Source: Nocardioides sp. (lineage in GTDB: Bacteria; Actinomycetota; Actinomycetes; Propionibacteriales; Nocardioidaceae). Taken from it: 48,889 nt of DNA. A program made the position numbers and the translations under genes. The notes under the pieces are model-generated. The model was not told the origin of the DNA. It was given only the letters and a program-made list of their open reading frames with translations, and made no database searches. Each line of letters starts with the position of its first letter. Position 1 is the stretch's first letter. Location: assembly GCA_025936915.1 (NCBI GenBank), contig JAICSK010000001.1:1-48889 (forward strand). Reading direction: 5' to 3'. Positions 27,989 to 36,670 of the stretch are shown piece after piece.

Positions 27989-30900
27989 CCTCCTCGCGTT
28001 CGACATCACGGCACCCCTGCCGGCGGGTCCGACCACCACGCTGCTCGAGGCGAGCGCCGGCACCGGCAAGACCTGGACCATCGGCGCCCTCGTCACGAGG
28101 TACGTCGCCGAGGGACACGCGCGGCTGGAGCAGCTGCTGGTGGTCACGTTCGGCCGGATGGCGAGTCGCGAGCTGCGCGAGCGGGTGCGGCTGCAGCTGG
28201 TCGAGGCCGAGCGTGCCCTGGCCGACCCGGAGGCACATCGTGGGAGCGGCGACCTGATCGACCTGCTGCTCGACCCGGGTGAGCTGGGCGAGGAGGAGCT
28301 CGACCGGCGACACCGGCGCGTGCGGACCGCCCTCGCGTCGTACGACGCGGCGACGATCGCGACGACGCACCAGTTCTGCGCCGAGGTGCTGGGCTCGCTC
28401 GGCGTCGCCGGTGACTCGGACTCGCGGGCGGAGCTGGTCGAGGACCTCGACGACGTGCTGACCGAGGTGGTCGACGACCTCTACCTGCGGAAGTTCGCCT
28501 ACCTCGACGGAGTCGCGTTCACGCGTCCGGAGGCGCTGGCGATCGCGCGCGCCGCGGCCGACGATCCGCGGGCCCTGGTCGAGCCGGCCGACCAGCCGCC
28601 AGAGACACCCGCGGGGATGCGGGTCGCCTTCGCGCGCGCCGTACGCGCGGAGCTCGAACGCCGCAAGCGGCGGCTCGGCCTGCTGTCGTACGACGACCTC
28701 CTCAGCCAGGTCGCCGACGCGCTGCTCGACGACGACGCCCCGGCCCGGACGCGGATGCGGCAGCGGTGGACCCATGTCCTCGTCGACGAGTTCCAGGACA
28801 CCGACCCGGTGCAGTGGCAGGTGCTCGACCGTGCGTTCTCCGGCCGGGCCACCATGGTCCTGATCGGTGACCCGAAGCAGGCGATCTACGCCTTCCGCGG
28901 CGGCGACGTGGTCAGCTACCTCCAGGCCGCCGAGACGGCCGCCGACCGGCGCACGCTCTCGGTCAACCGGCGTTCCGACGAAGCCTTGGTCAACGCCCTC
29001 GACGTCCTGCTCGGCGGCGCCGAGCTCGGCGACGCGGCGATCGTCGTACGACCGATCGAGGCGCACCATCGCTCGGTCCGGCTCGCCGGCGCTCCGGTGG
29101 ATGCGCCGGTGCGGTTGCGGGTCGTGACCCGTGAGCAGTTCCGGCAGCGCGGCACCCGGCCGCTCACCGTCGCCGCCGTACGTCCACACATCGCGCGCGA
29201 TCTCGCCTGCGACGTGCGCGCGCTGCTCGCGTCGGGTGCGATGTTCGAGGGCTCGCCGCTCGAGCCGCGCGACATCGCGGTGATCGCCTCGCGGCATGCC
29301 GACCTCGACGCCGCCCGCTCGGCCCTGGCCGAGGTCGGTGTCCCGGCGGTCATCGCCGGCGGCGGCAGCGTCTTCGCGACCCCGGCCGCGGTCGAATGGT
29401 TGGCGATGCTCGAGGCGCTCGAGCAGCCCCACCGCACGGCCCGGGTCAGGGCCGCGGCGCTCACCAGCCTGGTCGGGGTCACGGCCCGAGCGCTCGACGA
29501 GGGCGGCGACGCGTTCACCGACGAGCTGGCCGAGCTGCTGCGTGACTGGGCCGGCGTCCTGGCGCTGCGCGGGGTCGCGGCGGTGCTCGAGGCCGCCACC
29601 GAGCGCGGCCTGGGTGCCCGGTTGCTCGGGGAGCTCGGTGGCGAGCGTCAGCTCACCGATCTCGGGCACATCTGCGAGGTGCTCCACGAGGTCGGCCTGC
29701 GCGAGGGACTGGGCCCGATCGGGCTGCTCGGCTGGCTGCGCCGGCAGATCGCCGACGCCCGTGACAACCGCGGCATCGAGCGCACCCGTCGCCTCGACAG
29801 CGATGCGGCCGCGGTCCAGCTGGTGACGATCCATGCGAGCAAGGGCCTGGAGTACCCCGTGGTCTACCTGCCGACGCTCGCCGACCAGTGGGAGGGCCAG
29901 CCCCAGCAGCCGCGCTACCACGACGATGCCGGCCGGCGCTGTCGCGACGTGGCCGGATCCGGGCCCGACTGGGACGACCACACGCGCCGCTGGCGCCAGG
30001 AGGAGCGCGGGGAGCGGCTGCGACTGTTGTACGTCGCGATGACGCGGGCGAAGTCCCAGGTCGTCACCTGGTGGTCGCCCAACAGCAACGCCACCGCATC
30101 GCCCCTCCAGCGCCTGCTGCTCGGGCGCGCGAGGGCCGAGCCGGCGGTGCCGCCGACGGTGACGACCCCGACCGACCACGCCGCGGGCGAGGCGTTCGCG
30201 GGATGGGCCGCGGCCGGAGGGTTGGTCGTCGAGCCCGCCGAGCCGGGCACGTCGGCGCCCGCGCGGCTGCCGGTCGACGACGCCCCCCTGTCGGTGCGCA
30301 CGTTCGACCGCGAGGTCGACACCGCCTGGCGCCGCACGTCGTACTCCGCGCTGGCGGCGTACGACGCGCCGGTCGAGCCGCTCGCGACCGTCACCAGCGA
30401 GCCCGAGAACCCGCCCCGCGACGACGAGGTGCTGCCGATCGTCGCGGACCCACCGGCCACCCACCCCGACGCGACCGCGGAACCGGCCGGTGCGGCGGCC
30501 GTGGTCTCGCCGATGGCCGACCTGCCCGTGGGTGCGACGTTCGGCTCCCTGGTGCACGCCGTCCTCGAGCACACGGACCCGGAGGCTCCGGCGCACGGCG
30601 GAGACCTGCGTGCCGAGATCGCGGCCCACGTCGCGGAGCAGCAGGTGTGGTGGCCGGTGCCGGACCTCGACGCCGAGGTCCTCACCGACGCTCTGGTCGC
30701 CGTGTGCGACAGCCCGCTCGGCGCGCTCGCCGCCGGCCGCACGCTGCGGCAGATCCCGCGCACCGACCGGCTGTGCGAGCTGGACTTCGAGCTACCCCTG
30801 GCGGGCGGCGACGTGCGCGGTTACCCCGCCGACCGGGTGCGGCTCGGCCAGGTGGCCGAGGTGCTCCGGCGACACCTCTCGCCGGGCGACCCGGTGCTGC

Positions 30901-31364
30901 CGTACGCCGAACAGCTCGAGCGGCCCGGGCTCGGCGGCCAGGACCTCCTCGGGTACCTGACCGGCTCGATCGACGTCGTCCTCCGCGTCGACGGCCGCTA
31001 CGTCGTCGTCGACTACAAGACCAACTGGCTGGGCGTGCTCCCCGCCGGGCACGAGGACGCGACCCTGACGTCGGACGACTACACGCCGGCGCGCCTCGAC
31101 GCCGCGATGGGCCATTCCGACTACCCCTTGCAGGCGCTGTTGTACGCCGTCGTGCTGCATCGGTTCCTGCGCTGGCGCGTGCCCGGCTACGACCCGGGCA
31201 CCCACCTCGGGGGCGTGCTCTACCTCTACCTGCGCGGGATGTGCGGCCCCGCGACCCCGCGCGTCGCCGGGCGTCCGTGCGGCGTCTTCGAGTGGCGGCC
31301 ACCACCGGCGCTGGTGACCGATCTGTCCGACCTGCTCGACGGGCTGGTGGTCGCCGATGACTGA
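27957..31364 (+). CDS. recB: Exodeoxyribonuclease V beta subunit (helicase-nuclease)
   Basis: EASAGTGKT, VDEFQDTD, IGDPKQAIYAFRGGD, TIHASKGLEY, LLYVAMTRA; nuclease GSIDVV...VVDYKTN and YPLQALLY; GTG overlaps the recC stop. Confidence 0.93.
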   Translation: MTDPVTDPVSDLLAFDITAPLPAGPTTTLLEASAGTGKTWTIGALVTRYVAEGHARLEQLLVVTFGRMASRELRERVRLQLVEAERALADPEAHRGSGDLIDLLLDPGELGEEELDRRHRRVRTALASYDAATIATTHQFCAEVLGSLGVAGDSDSRAELVEDLDDVLTEVVDDLYLRKFAYLDGVAFTRPEALAIARAAADDPRALVEPADQPPETPAGMRVAFARAVRAELERRKRRLGLLSYDDLLSQVADALLDDDAPARTRMRQRWTHVLVDEFQDTDPVQWQVLDRAFSGRATMVLIGDPKQAIYAFRGGDVVSYLQAAETAADRRTLSVNRRSDEALVNALDVLLGGAELGDAAIVVRPIEAHHRSVRLAGAPVDAPVRLRVVTREQFRQRGTRPLTVAAVRPHIARDLACDVRALLASGAMFEGSPLEPRDIAVIASRHADLDAARSALAEVGVPAVIAGGGSVFATPAAVEWLAMLEALEQPHRTARVRAAALTSLVGVTARALDEGGDAFTDELAELLRDWAGVLALRGVAAVLEAATERGLGARLLGELGGERQLTDLGHICEVLHEVGLREGLGPIGLLGWLRRQIADARDNRGIERTRRLDSDAAAVQLVTIHASKGLEYPVVYLPTLADQWEGQPQQPRYHDDAGRRCRDVAGSGPDWDDHTRRWRQEERGERLRLLYVAMTRAKSQVVTWWSPNSNATASPLQRLLLGRARAEPAVPPTVTTPTDHAAGEAFAGWAAAGGLVVEPAEPGTSAPARLPVDDAPLSVRTFDREVDTAWRRTSYSALAAYDAPVEPLATVTSEPENPPRDDEVLPIVADPPATHPDATAEPAGAAAVVSPMADLPVGATFGSLVHAVLEHTDPEAPAHGGDLRAEIAAHVAEQQVWWPVPDLDAEVLTDALVAVCDSPLGALAAGRTLRQIPRTDRLCELDFELPLAGGDVRGYPADRVRLGQVAEVLRRHLSPGDPVLPYAEQLERPGLGGQDLLGYLTGSIDVVLRVDGRYVVVDYKTNWLGVLPAGHEDATLTSDDYTPARLDAAMGHSDYPLQALLYAVVLHRFLRWRVPGYDPGTHLGGVLYLYLRGMCGPATPRVAGRPCGVFEWRPPPALVTDLSDLLDGLVVADD

Positions 31365-33159
31365 GCTGTTCGAGCCGGTCGACCTGTACGACCACCGCGT
31401 CGCGGAGGCCGACGGCTCCGGGTTGGCGGCGTACAACGTGGCGGGCGTGCTGACGGCGGGCGACCTCCAGATCGCGCGGCGGATCGCGACGATCTGCGAC
31501 GAGACCGAGCCCGAGGTCGTGCTCGCGTTGGCCCTCACCGTGCGTGCGGTCCGCGACGGGTCGGTGTGCCTGGACCTCGAGCACGTGGCGGACATGGCGC
31601 CCGACCTGACCTGGCCGGAGCCAGGGCGGTGGCGAGAGTCGGTCGCCTCGTCACGCATCGCGGTGGAGGGGGCGGTCGTCGTCGACGAGGGGCTGGTCTA
31701 CCTCGACCGCTACCACCGCCTCGAGCTCGCGGTGTGTGCCGACCTGGACGTCCGGGCACGCCGTACCCCACCGAAGGTCGACGAGAGCGCCTTGGCCGCG
31801 GCACTCGACCGCGCGTTCCCGTCGGCGGGAGCACCGGGAGCGGGCACCCGCGACTACGCCGAGCAGCGACGCGCGGCCGAGCGGGCCGCACGCTCATGGA
31901 CGACGGTGCTCACCGGAGGCCCCGGCACCGGCAAGACGACCACGGTCGCGGGGCTCATCTGCGTCCTCGCCGACCAGGCGCGCGACGGGCGCCGGCTCTC
32001 GGTCGCGCTGGCGGCGCCGACCGGCAAGGCGGCCGCCCGGCTCCAGGAGTCGGTGCTGGAGGAGGCGCGCGACGCGCGGTTCTCCGACGAGGACCGGAGG
32101 CGCCTGCGGGACATGGACGCGGTGACGCTCCACCGCCTGCTCGGCTGGCGGCCCGACAACGCGACGCGCTTCCGCCACGACCGCGGCAACCGGCTCAAGT
32201 ACGACCTGATCGTGGTCGACGAGTCGTCGATGGTCGAGCTGACGATGATGGCGCGGTTGCTCGAGGCGACCAGGCCCGACTGCCGCCTCGTCCTGGTCGG
32301 CGATCCGTACCAGCTCACCTCGGTCGGCGCGGGCGCCGTGCTGGGGGACCTCGTGCGCGGCTACCAGGCGCACGTTTCGTCACCGGTGGTCACCCTCGAG
32401 ACCTCACACCGGTTCGGCGACGAGATCGGGGCGTTGGCGCGTGCGGTGCGGGAGGACCGGGTCGACGAGGTGGTCGAGCGCCTGCGGTCCGGCGTACCGG
32501 CGATCGAGTTCGTGGAGGACGCCGCGCCCGAGGCGTTCTTGCGCGACCTCGTGCTGACGTCGGCGCGAGAGGTCCGCGCCGCCGCCGAACGCGGCGACAC
32601 CGAGGCCGCCCTCGAGGCGCTCGATCGGCACCGGCTGCTGTGCGCGCACCGCGAGGGGCCGTACGGCGTCACCCACTGGAACCGCGCGGCCGAGGCCTGG
32701 CTGGCCGAGGAGGCGGGCAGCGACCACTGGCCGCTGTGGTACGCCGGGCGACCGCTGATCGTCACCAGCAACGACTACGCCGTGGGCGTCTACAACGGTG
32801 AGACCGGTGTCGTCGTACGTCGGGACGACGGGGTCCTGCGGGCGAAGATCTCCGGCTCCGAGGGCGTCCGCGACCTGGCCACGACGCGGCTGGTGGACGT
32901 CGACACGATGCACGCGCTGACCGTCCACAAGTCGCAGGGCAGCCAGGTCGACGAGGTGACCGTGCTGCTGCCCCCTTGGGACTCCCGGCTGCTGTCGCGC
33001 GAGCTCTTCTACACCGCGATCACCCGGGCGCGGCGGGTGGTGCGGGTCGTGGGGTCGGAGGAGACGGTGCGATCCGCCGTACGTCGGCGCGTGCAGCGCG
33101 CGAGCGGGCTGGCGGCCCGGTTGGCTCACGAGGCGGAAACTCCGGTCGGGAGTTCATGA
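31357..33159 (+). CDS. recD: Exodeoxyribonuclease V alpha subunit
   Basis: TGGPGTGKTT, APTGKAAARL, TLHRLLG, VVDESSM, LVGDPYQL, NGETG, TVHKSQGS, LFYTAITRA. Confidence 0.93.
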   Translation: MTELFEPVDLYDHRVAEADGSGLAAYNVAGVLTAGDLQIARRIATICDETEPEVVLALALTVRAVRDGSVCLDLEHVADMAPDLTWPEPGRWRESVASSRIAVEGAVVVDEGLVYLDRYHRLELAVCADLDVRARRTPPKVDESALAAALDRAFPSAGAPGAGTRDYAEQRRAAERAARSWTTVLTGGPGTGKTTTVAGLICVLADQARDGRRLSVALAAPTGKAAARLQESVLEEARDARFSDEDRRRLRDMDAVTLHRLLGWRPDNATRFRHDRGNRLKYDLIVVDESSMVELTMMARLLEATRPDCRLVLVGDPYQLTSVGAGAVLGDLVRGYQAHVSSPVVTLETSHRFGDEIGALARAVREDRVDEVVERLRSGVPAIEFVEDAAPEAFLRDLVLTSAREVRAAAERGDTEAALEALDRHRLLCAHREGPYGVTHWNRAAEAWLAEEAGSDHWPLWYAGRPLIVTSNDYAVGVYNGETGVVVRRDDGVLRAKISGSEGVRDLATTRLVDVDTMHALTVHKSQGSQVDEVTVLLPPWDSRLLSRELFYTAITRARRVVRVVGSEETVRSAVRRRVQRASGLAARLAHEAETPVGSS

Positions 33160-33179
33160 GGCGTGGCTAGGGTCGAGGC

Positions 33180-33788
33180 ATGTTGCTGCTGCGGGTGGAG
33201 CTGCCGAACGTCCCGGGGTCGCTGGGTCGTCTCGCGACCGCCATCGGCGCGGCCGGCGGCGACATCGAGGCGATCGAGATCGTGGAGAAGCGGCTCGACG
33301 GCACCGATGTCGACGACGTCCTGCTGGACATGGTCGACGGGGTCATGCCCGACTCGGTGGTCTCGGCCTGCAACGCGGTCGAGGGCGTGCGCGTGCTCTG
33401 GATCAGCCGCTACCTGGCCGGCGGCAACCTGTTCCCCGACCTCGAGGTGGTCGAGTCCCTGACCGCCGACCCGGCGACCGCGCTCGACTCGCTGATCTCG
33501 GCGCTTCCGGTCGCCTTCCGGTGCGAGTGGGCCGCCCGCGTGTCGGTCAGCGGCGACGGGTTCGAGATCGAGCGCGCGAGTGAGGGGGCGCCGAGCTCGA
33601 TCGAGCTCAAGCCCGGCTCCGGGCTCGACCGGCAGACCGTCGGCGACGACCTGGTCGCGATCGCACCCGTCGGCCACGCCCGGGTCGTGGTGATCGGGCG
33701 CCGAGGTGGGCCCGAGTTCCTCGACTCCGAGCTGGCCCGGCTGGGACACCTGGTCGGCCTGGCCGCGTCGATCGCGCGGGCGACGTAG
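33180..33788 (+). CDS. ACT-domain (amino-acid-binding) protein
   Basis: LLRVELPNVPGSLGRLATAIGAAGGDI ACT signature; C-terminal GRRGGPEFLDSELARLGHL as in actinobacterial homologues. Confidence 0.75.
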   Translation: MLLLRVELPNVPGSLGRLATAIGAAGGDIEAIEIVEKRLDGTDVDDVLLDMVDGVMPDSVVSACNAVEGVRVLWISRYLAGGNLFPDLEVVESLTADPATALDSLISALPVAFRCEWAARVSVSGDGFEIERASEGAPSSIELKPGSGLDRQTVGDDLVAIAPVGHARVVVIGRRGGPEFLDSELARLGHLVGLAASIARAT

Positions 33789-33811
33789 GGGTGCTCGGCT
33801 GTTCCTGGTCC

Positions 33812-33909
33812 TGGACGGTTCATCACGCTGAGTGGTCGACCCACCGCTGGGCCAGGTGAATTCCGCTGGCCCACCACCGGTTCACCCGCTCAGCGTGATG
33901 AACCGTCCA
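33812..33909. repeat. 98-bp long hairpin element (REP/REPIN-like or bidirectional terminator) between convergent genes
   Basis: 21-bp perfect inverted repeat TGGACGGTTCATCACGCTGAG (33812-33832 / 33889-33909) with inner repeat TGGGCCAG/CTGGCCCA (33848-33855 / 33866-33873). Confidence 0.8.
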
Positions 33910-33920
33910 CTCTCAGACCC

Positions 33921-34364
33921 TCACGCCACGCGTTCCAGCACGAACACCGGGATCTCCCGGTCGGTCCGCTCCTGGTACGACGCGTACGTCGGCCAGGTCT
34001 CGACTGCGTAGCGCCACCACTCGTCGCGCTCCTCACCCTCGGCGAGCCGCGCGACGTAGGTGTGCTTCCCCGGGCCGTCCTGCAGCTCCACCTCGGGGTG
34101 GGCGAGGAAGTTGTGGTACCACTCCGGGTGGTCGGGCGATCCGCCCTTGGACGCGATCGCGACGTACGTGCCGTCGCGCTCGACCCGCATCACCGGGTTC
34201 TTCCGCAGCTTCCCGCTGCGCGCTCCGACCGAGGTGATCACGACGATCGGGTCGCCGGTGTCGCGGAGGGTGTTGGCCCGAGCCCCGTCGGACGCCTCGA
34301 ACGCCTCGACCTGGTCGCGGACCCACCGCTGCTTGCTGGGGGCATAGGTGCCTTCGAGTGTCAT
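33921..34364 (-). CDS. Deazaflavin (F420)-dependent nitroreductase/quinone reductase (Ddn family)
   Basis: TSVGARSGKLRKNP, IASKGGSPDHPEWYHN, YASYQERTDREIPVFVL. Confidence 0.88.
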   Translation of the reverse strand: MTLEGTYAPSKQRWVRDQVEAFEASDGARANTLRDTGDPIVVITSVGARSGKLRKNPVMRVERDGTYVAIASKGGSPDHPEWYHNFLAHPEVELQDGPGKHTYVARLAEGEERDEWWRYAVETWPTYASYQERTDREIPVFVLERVA

Positions 34365-34430
34365 ACCTGGTCCAACAGGTGGCCTCGCCGCGCCATTCCG
34401 GCGACTCGTCATCGGTGGTTGACTCGGCCC

Positions 34431-35048
34431 ATGGAGGACATGTGGGCCGTGGTCGCGGCGGAGCGGGGCGCTCTGGCCGACGACCTGGAGCGGCTCGACG
34501 ACGCGGCCTGGGAGACGCGGTCGCTGTGCGAGAAGTGGTCGGTGCGCGACGCAGTGGCGCACCTGATCGCGACGGCGGAGATGACCCCGCCGAAGTTCTT
34601 CGGAAAGATGATCGGCAACGGCGTCGACTTCCAGAAGATGACCGCCAAGGAGATCGCCGACAAGCGTGAGGCGAGTCCGCGGGCCGAGCTGAAGCACTTC
34701 CGCGCCATCCGCGACCGTCGTACCGCGCCGCCCGGCCCGAAGGTGTCGTGGCTCGGCGAGACCATCGTCCACTCCGAGGACGTACGTCGCCCGCTCGGCC
34801 TCACCCGCGCCTACCCGATGGCGGCGGTGGTCGCCGTTGCCGACTTCTACAAGGGCTCGAACGTGCTGATCGGATCGAAGAGGCGGATCGACGGCGTGAC
34901 GCTCACGGCCACTGACACGGTGTGGTCGCATGGCTCCGGGCCGGCGGTCGAGGGTCCGATGCTCTCGCTGCTCCTGGCCATGACCGGTCGGAAGGCGGCA
35001 CTCGACGACCTCACCGGTGCCGGGGTGGAGACGCTGCGGGGTCGCTGA
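34431..35048 (+). CDS. Mycothiol-dependent maleylpyruvate isomerase (MDMPI)/DinB-family protein
   Basis: AERGALAD, W.TRSLCEKWSVRDAVAHL, ETIVHSEDVRRPLG, LLLAMTGR..ALDDLTGAG. Confidence 0.8.
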   Translation: MEDMWAVVAAERGALADDLERLDDAAWETRSLCEKWSVRDAVAHLIATAEMTPPKFFGKMIGNGVDFQKMTAKEIADKREASPRAELKHFRAIRDRRTAPPGPKVSWLGETIVHSEDVRRPLGLTRAYPMAAVVAVADFYKGSNVLIGSKRRIDGVTLTATDTVWSHGSGPAVEGPMLSLLLAMTGRKAALDDLTGAGVETLRGR

Positions 35049-35131
35049 CCCTGACGCCCGTACGTCGGTCGTGTGCCCCACACCGCGCTCCCGCGCGTTC
35101 TCAGGCACACGACCCCCCTACGCTGCTGGCC

Positions 35132-36049
35132 ATGAGTGCCAGCGCGGGCGTCAGCGAGATCTTCGACCCGGAGCAGTGGGACGACGTCCCGGGGTTCGAC
35201 GACCTCACCGACCTCACCTACCACCGGGCCAGGGCCCACGGCACGGTCCGGATCGCCTTCGACCGGCCCGACGTGCTCAACGCGTTCCGCCCGCACACCG
35301 TCGACGAGCTGCTCCGGGTCCTCGAGCATGCCCGCAGCTCGAGCGACGTCGGCTGCGTCCTGCTCACCGGCAACGGCCCGAGCGAGAAGAACGGCAAGTG
35401 GGCGTTCTGCACCGGCGGCGACCAGCGGATCCGCGGCCGGACCGGTTATCAGTACGCCGAGGGCGAGACCGCCGAGTCGGTCGACAAGGCCAGGCTCGGG
35501 CGGCTCCACATCCTCGAGTGCCAGCGGCTGATCCGGTTCATGCCGAAGATCGTCATCTGCCTCGTACCGGGGTGGACCGCGGGCGGGGGTCACTCCCTGC
35601 ACGTCGTCTGCGACCTCACCATCGCCAGCCAGGAGCACGCCCGGTTCAAGCAGACCGACGCCGACGTGGGCTCGTTCGACGGTGGGTTCGGGTCGGCGTA
35701 CCTCGCTCGTCAGGTCGGCCAGAAGTTCGCCCGCGAGATCTTCTTCCTCGGGCAGGAGTACTCCGCCGACGACGGGGTGCGCATGGGCACGGTCAACCGC
35801 GCCGTCCCCCACGCCGAGCTGGAGGCGACCGGCCTGGAGTGGGGCCGGCTGGTCAACGGGAAGAGCCCGATGGCCCAGCGGATGCTCAAGTACGCCTTCA
35901 ACCTGATCGACGACGGCCTCGTCGGCCAACAGCTGTTCGCGGGCGAGACCACACGGCTCGCCTACATGACCGACGAGGCCCAGGAGGGACGCGACCAGTT
36001 CCTGGAGAAGCGTGAGCCCGACTGGTCGCCGTTCCCCTGGTACTACTGA
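35132..36049 (+). CDS. menB: 1,4-dihydroxy-2-naphthoyl-CoA synthase
   Basis: FDRPDVLNAFRPHT, FCTGGDQRIRG, GRLHILE, GGGHSLHVVCD, VGSFDGGFGS, LAYMTDEAQEGRD; actinobacterial type. Confidence 0.95.
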   Translation: MSASAGVSEIFDPEQWDDVPGFDDLTDLTYHRARAHGTVRIAFDRPDVLNAFRPHTVDELLRVLEHARSSSDVGCVLLTGNGPSEKNGKWAFCTGGDQRIRGRTGYQYAEGETAESVDKARLGRLHILECQRLIRFMPKIVICLVPGWTAGGGHSLHVVCDLTIASQEHARFKQTDADVGSFDGGFGSAYLARQVGQKFAREIFFLGQEYSADDGVRMGTVNRAVPHAELEATGLEWGRLVNGKSPMAQRMLKYAFNLIDDGLVGQQLFAGETTRLAYMTDEAQEGRDQFLEKREPDWSPFPWYY

Positions 36050-36064
36050 GCCCTCACGTCGTCG

Positions 36065-36547
36065 CTAGGCGACGGCGCTGGCGATGTATGCCGCCCCGAC
36101 CGCCGCACTGGGGCTGATCAGCACGGTGGCATCGGCGCACGTCTGGGGGACGTCCAGGAACACCCGGAACCGAGCGTCGCCGCCGGGGATGCTCATCGGC
36201 TGGGCACCGCTGTCGGCGCTCTGGACGCCGCCGCAGTAGAGGACCGCGTCGATCATGCCGACGGGATTGTCGGCCGTTCCGTCGGCGCGAGGCACCTGGA
36301 GGCCCTCGATCCGGACGTCCATCCGGCCGTCCTGCCGGACCCTCACCTCGCCCCGATGGATCTGCCAGGGCAGTCCGCCCGGGTTGACGCCGTCGATCGG
36401 GTCGTCGGTCGGCATGCTCGGGGTCAGGTTCATCCGGATCAGGTCGTGTCCATCGCGGCCGTGATCGGCCAGCGCTGCGGAGGGGACGAGTGCCAGGGCG
36501 AACGCCGGAACGGCGGCCAGCAGCGCTGCGGAGAGCTTCCAGTACAT
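36065..36547 (-). CDS. Secreted hypothetical protein (160 aa)
   Basis: Signal peptide MYWKLSAALLAAVPAFALALVPSAALA; beta-rich mature part with two Cys; GAGG RBS. Confidence 0.65.
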   Translation of the reverse strand: MYWKLSAALLAAVPAFALALVPSAALADHGRDGHDLIRMNLTPSMPTDDPIDGVNPGGLPWQIHRGEVRVRQDGRMDVRIEGLQVPRADGTADNPVGMIDAVLYCGGVQSADSGAQPMSIPGGDARFRVFLDVPQTCADATVLISPSAAVGAAYIASAVA

Positions 36548-36558
36548 GGGTGACCTCT

Positions 36559-36585
36559 CTGTCGGTGACTGTCGGTGACTGTCGG
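36559..36585. repeat. 10-bp direct repeat (CTGTCGGTGA x2.7) just upstream of the secreted protein RBS
   Basis: Units at 36559-36568, 36569-36578 and partial 36579-36585. Confidence 0.7.
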
Positions 36586-36670
36586 GTCGCCGGACGCGAC
36601 GTAGGGGATACGGGTGGGACTCGGAAAGGGTTCGGGGAATGCCGCCGGCCTGCGGTGGGTTGCGCCCACC

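Noticed and set aside
27840-30629. Long antisense or alternative-frame ORFs (e.g. 929 aa here; also 40510-43068, 20973-23060, 12308-14332, 8259-10091)
   Set aside because: Shadow ORFs expected in high-GC DNA; they overlap well-supported genes and have no recognisable motifs.
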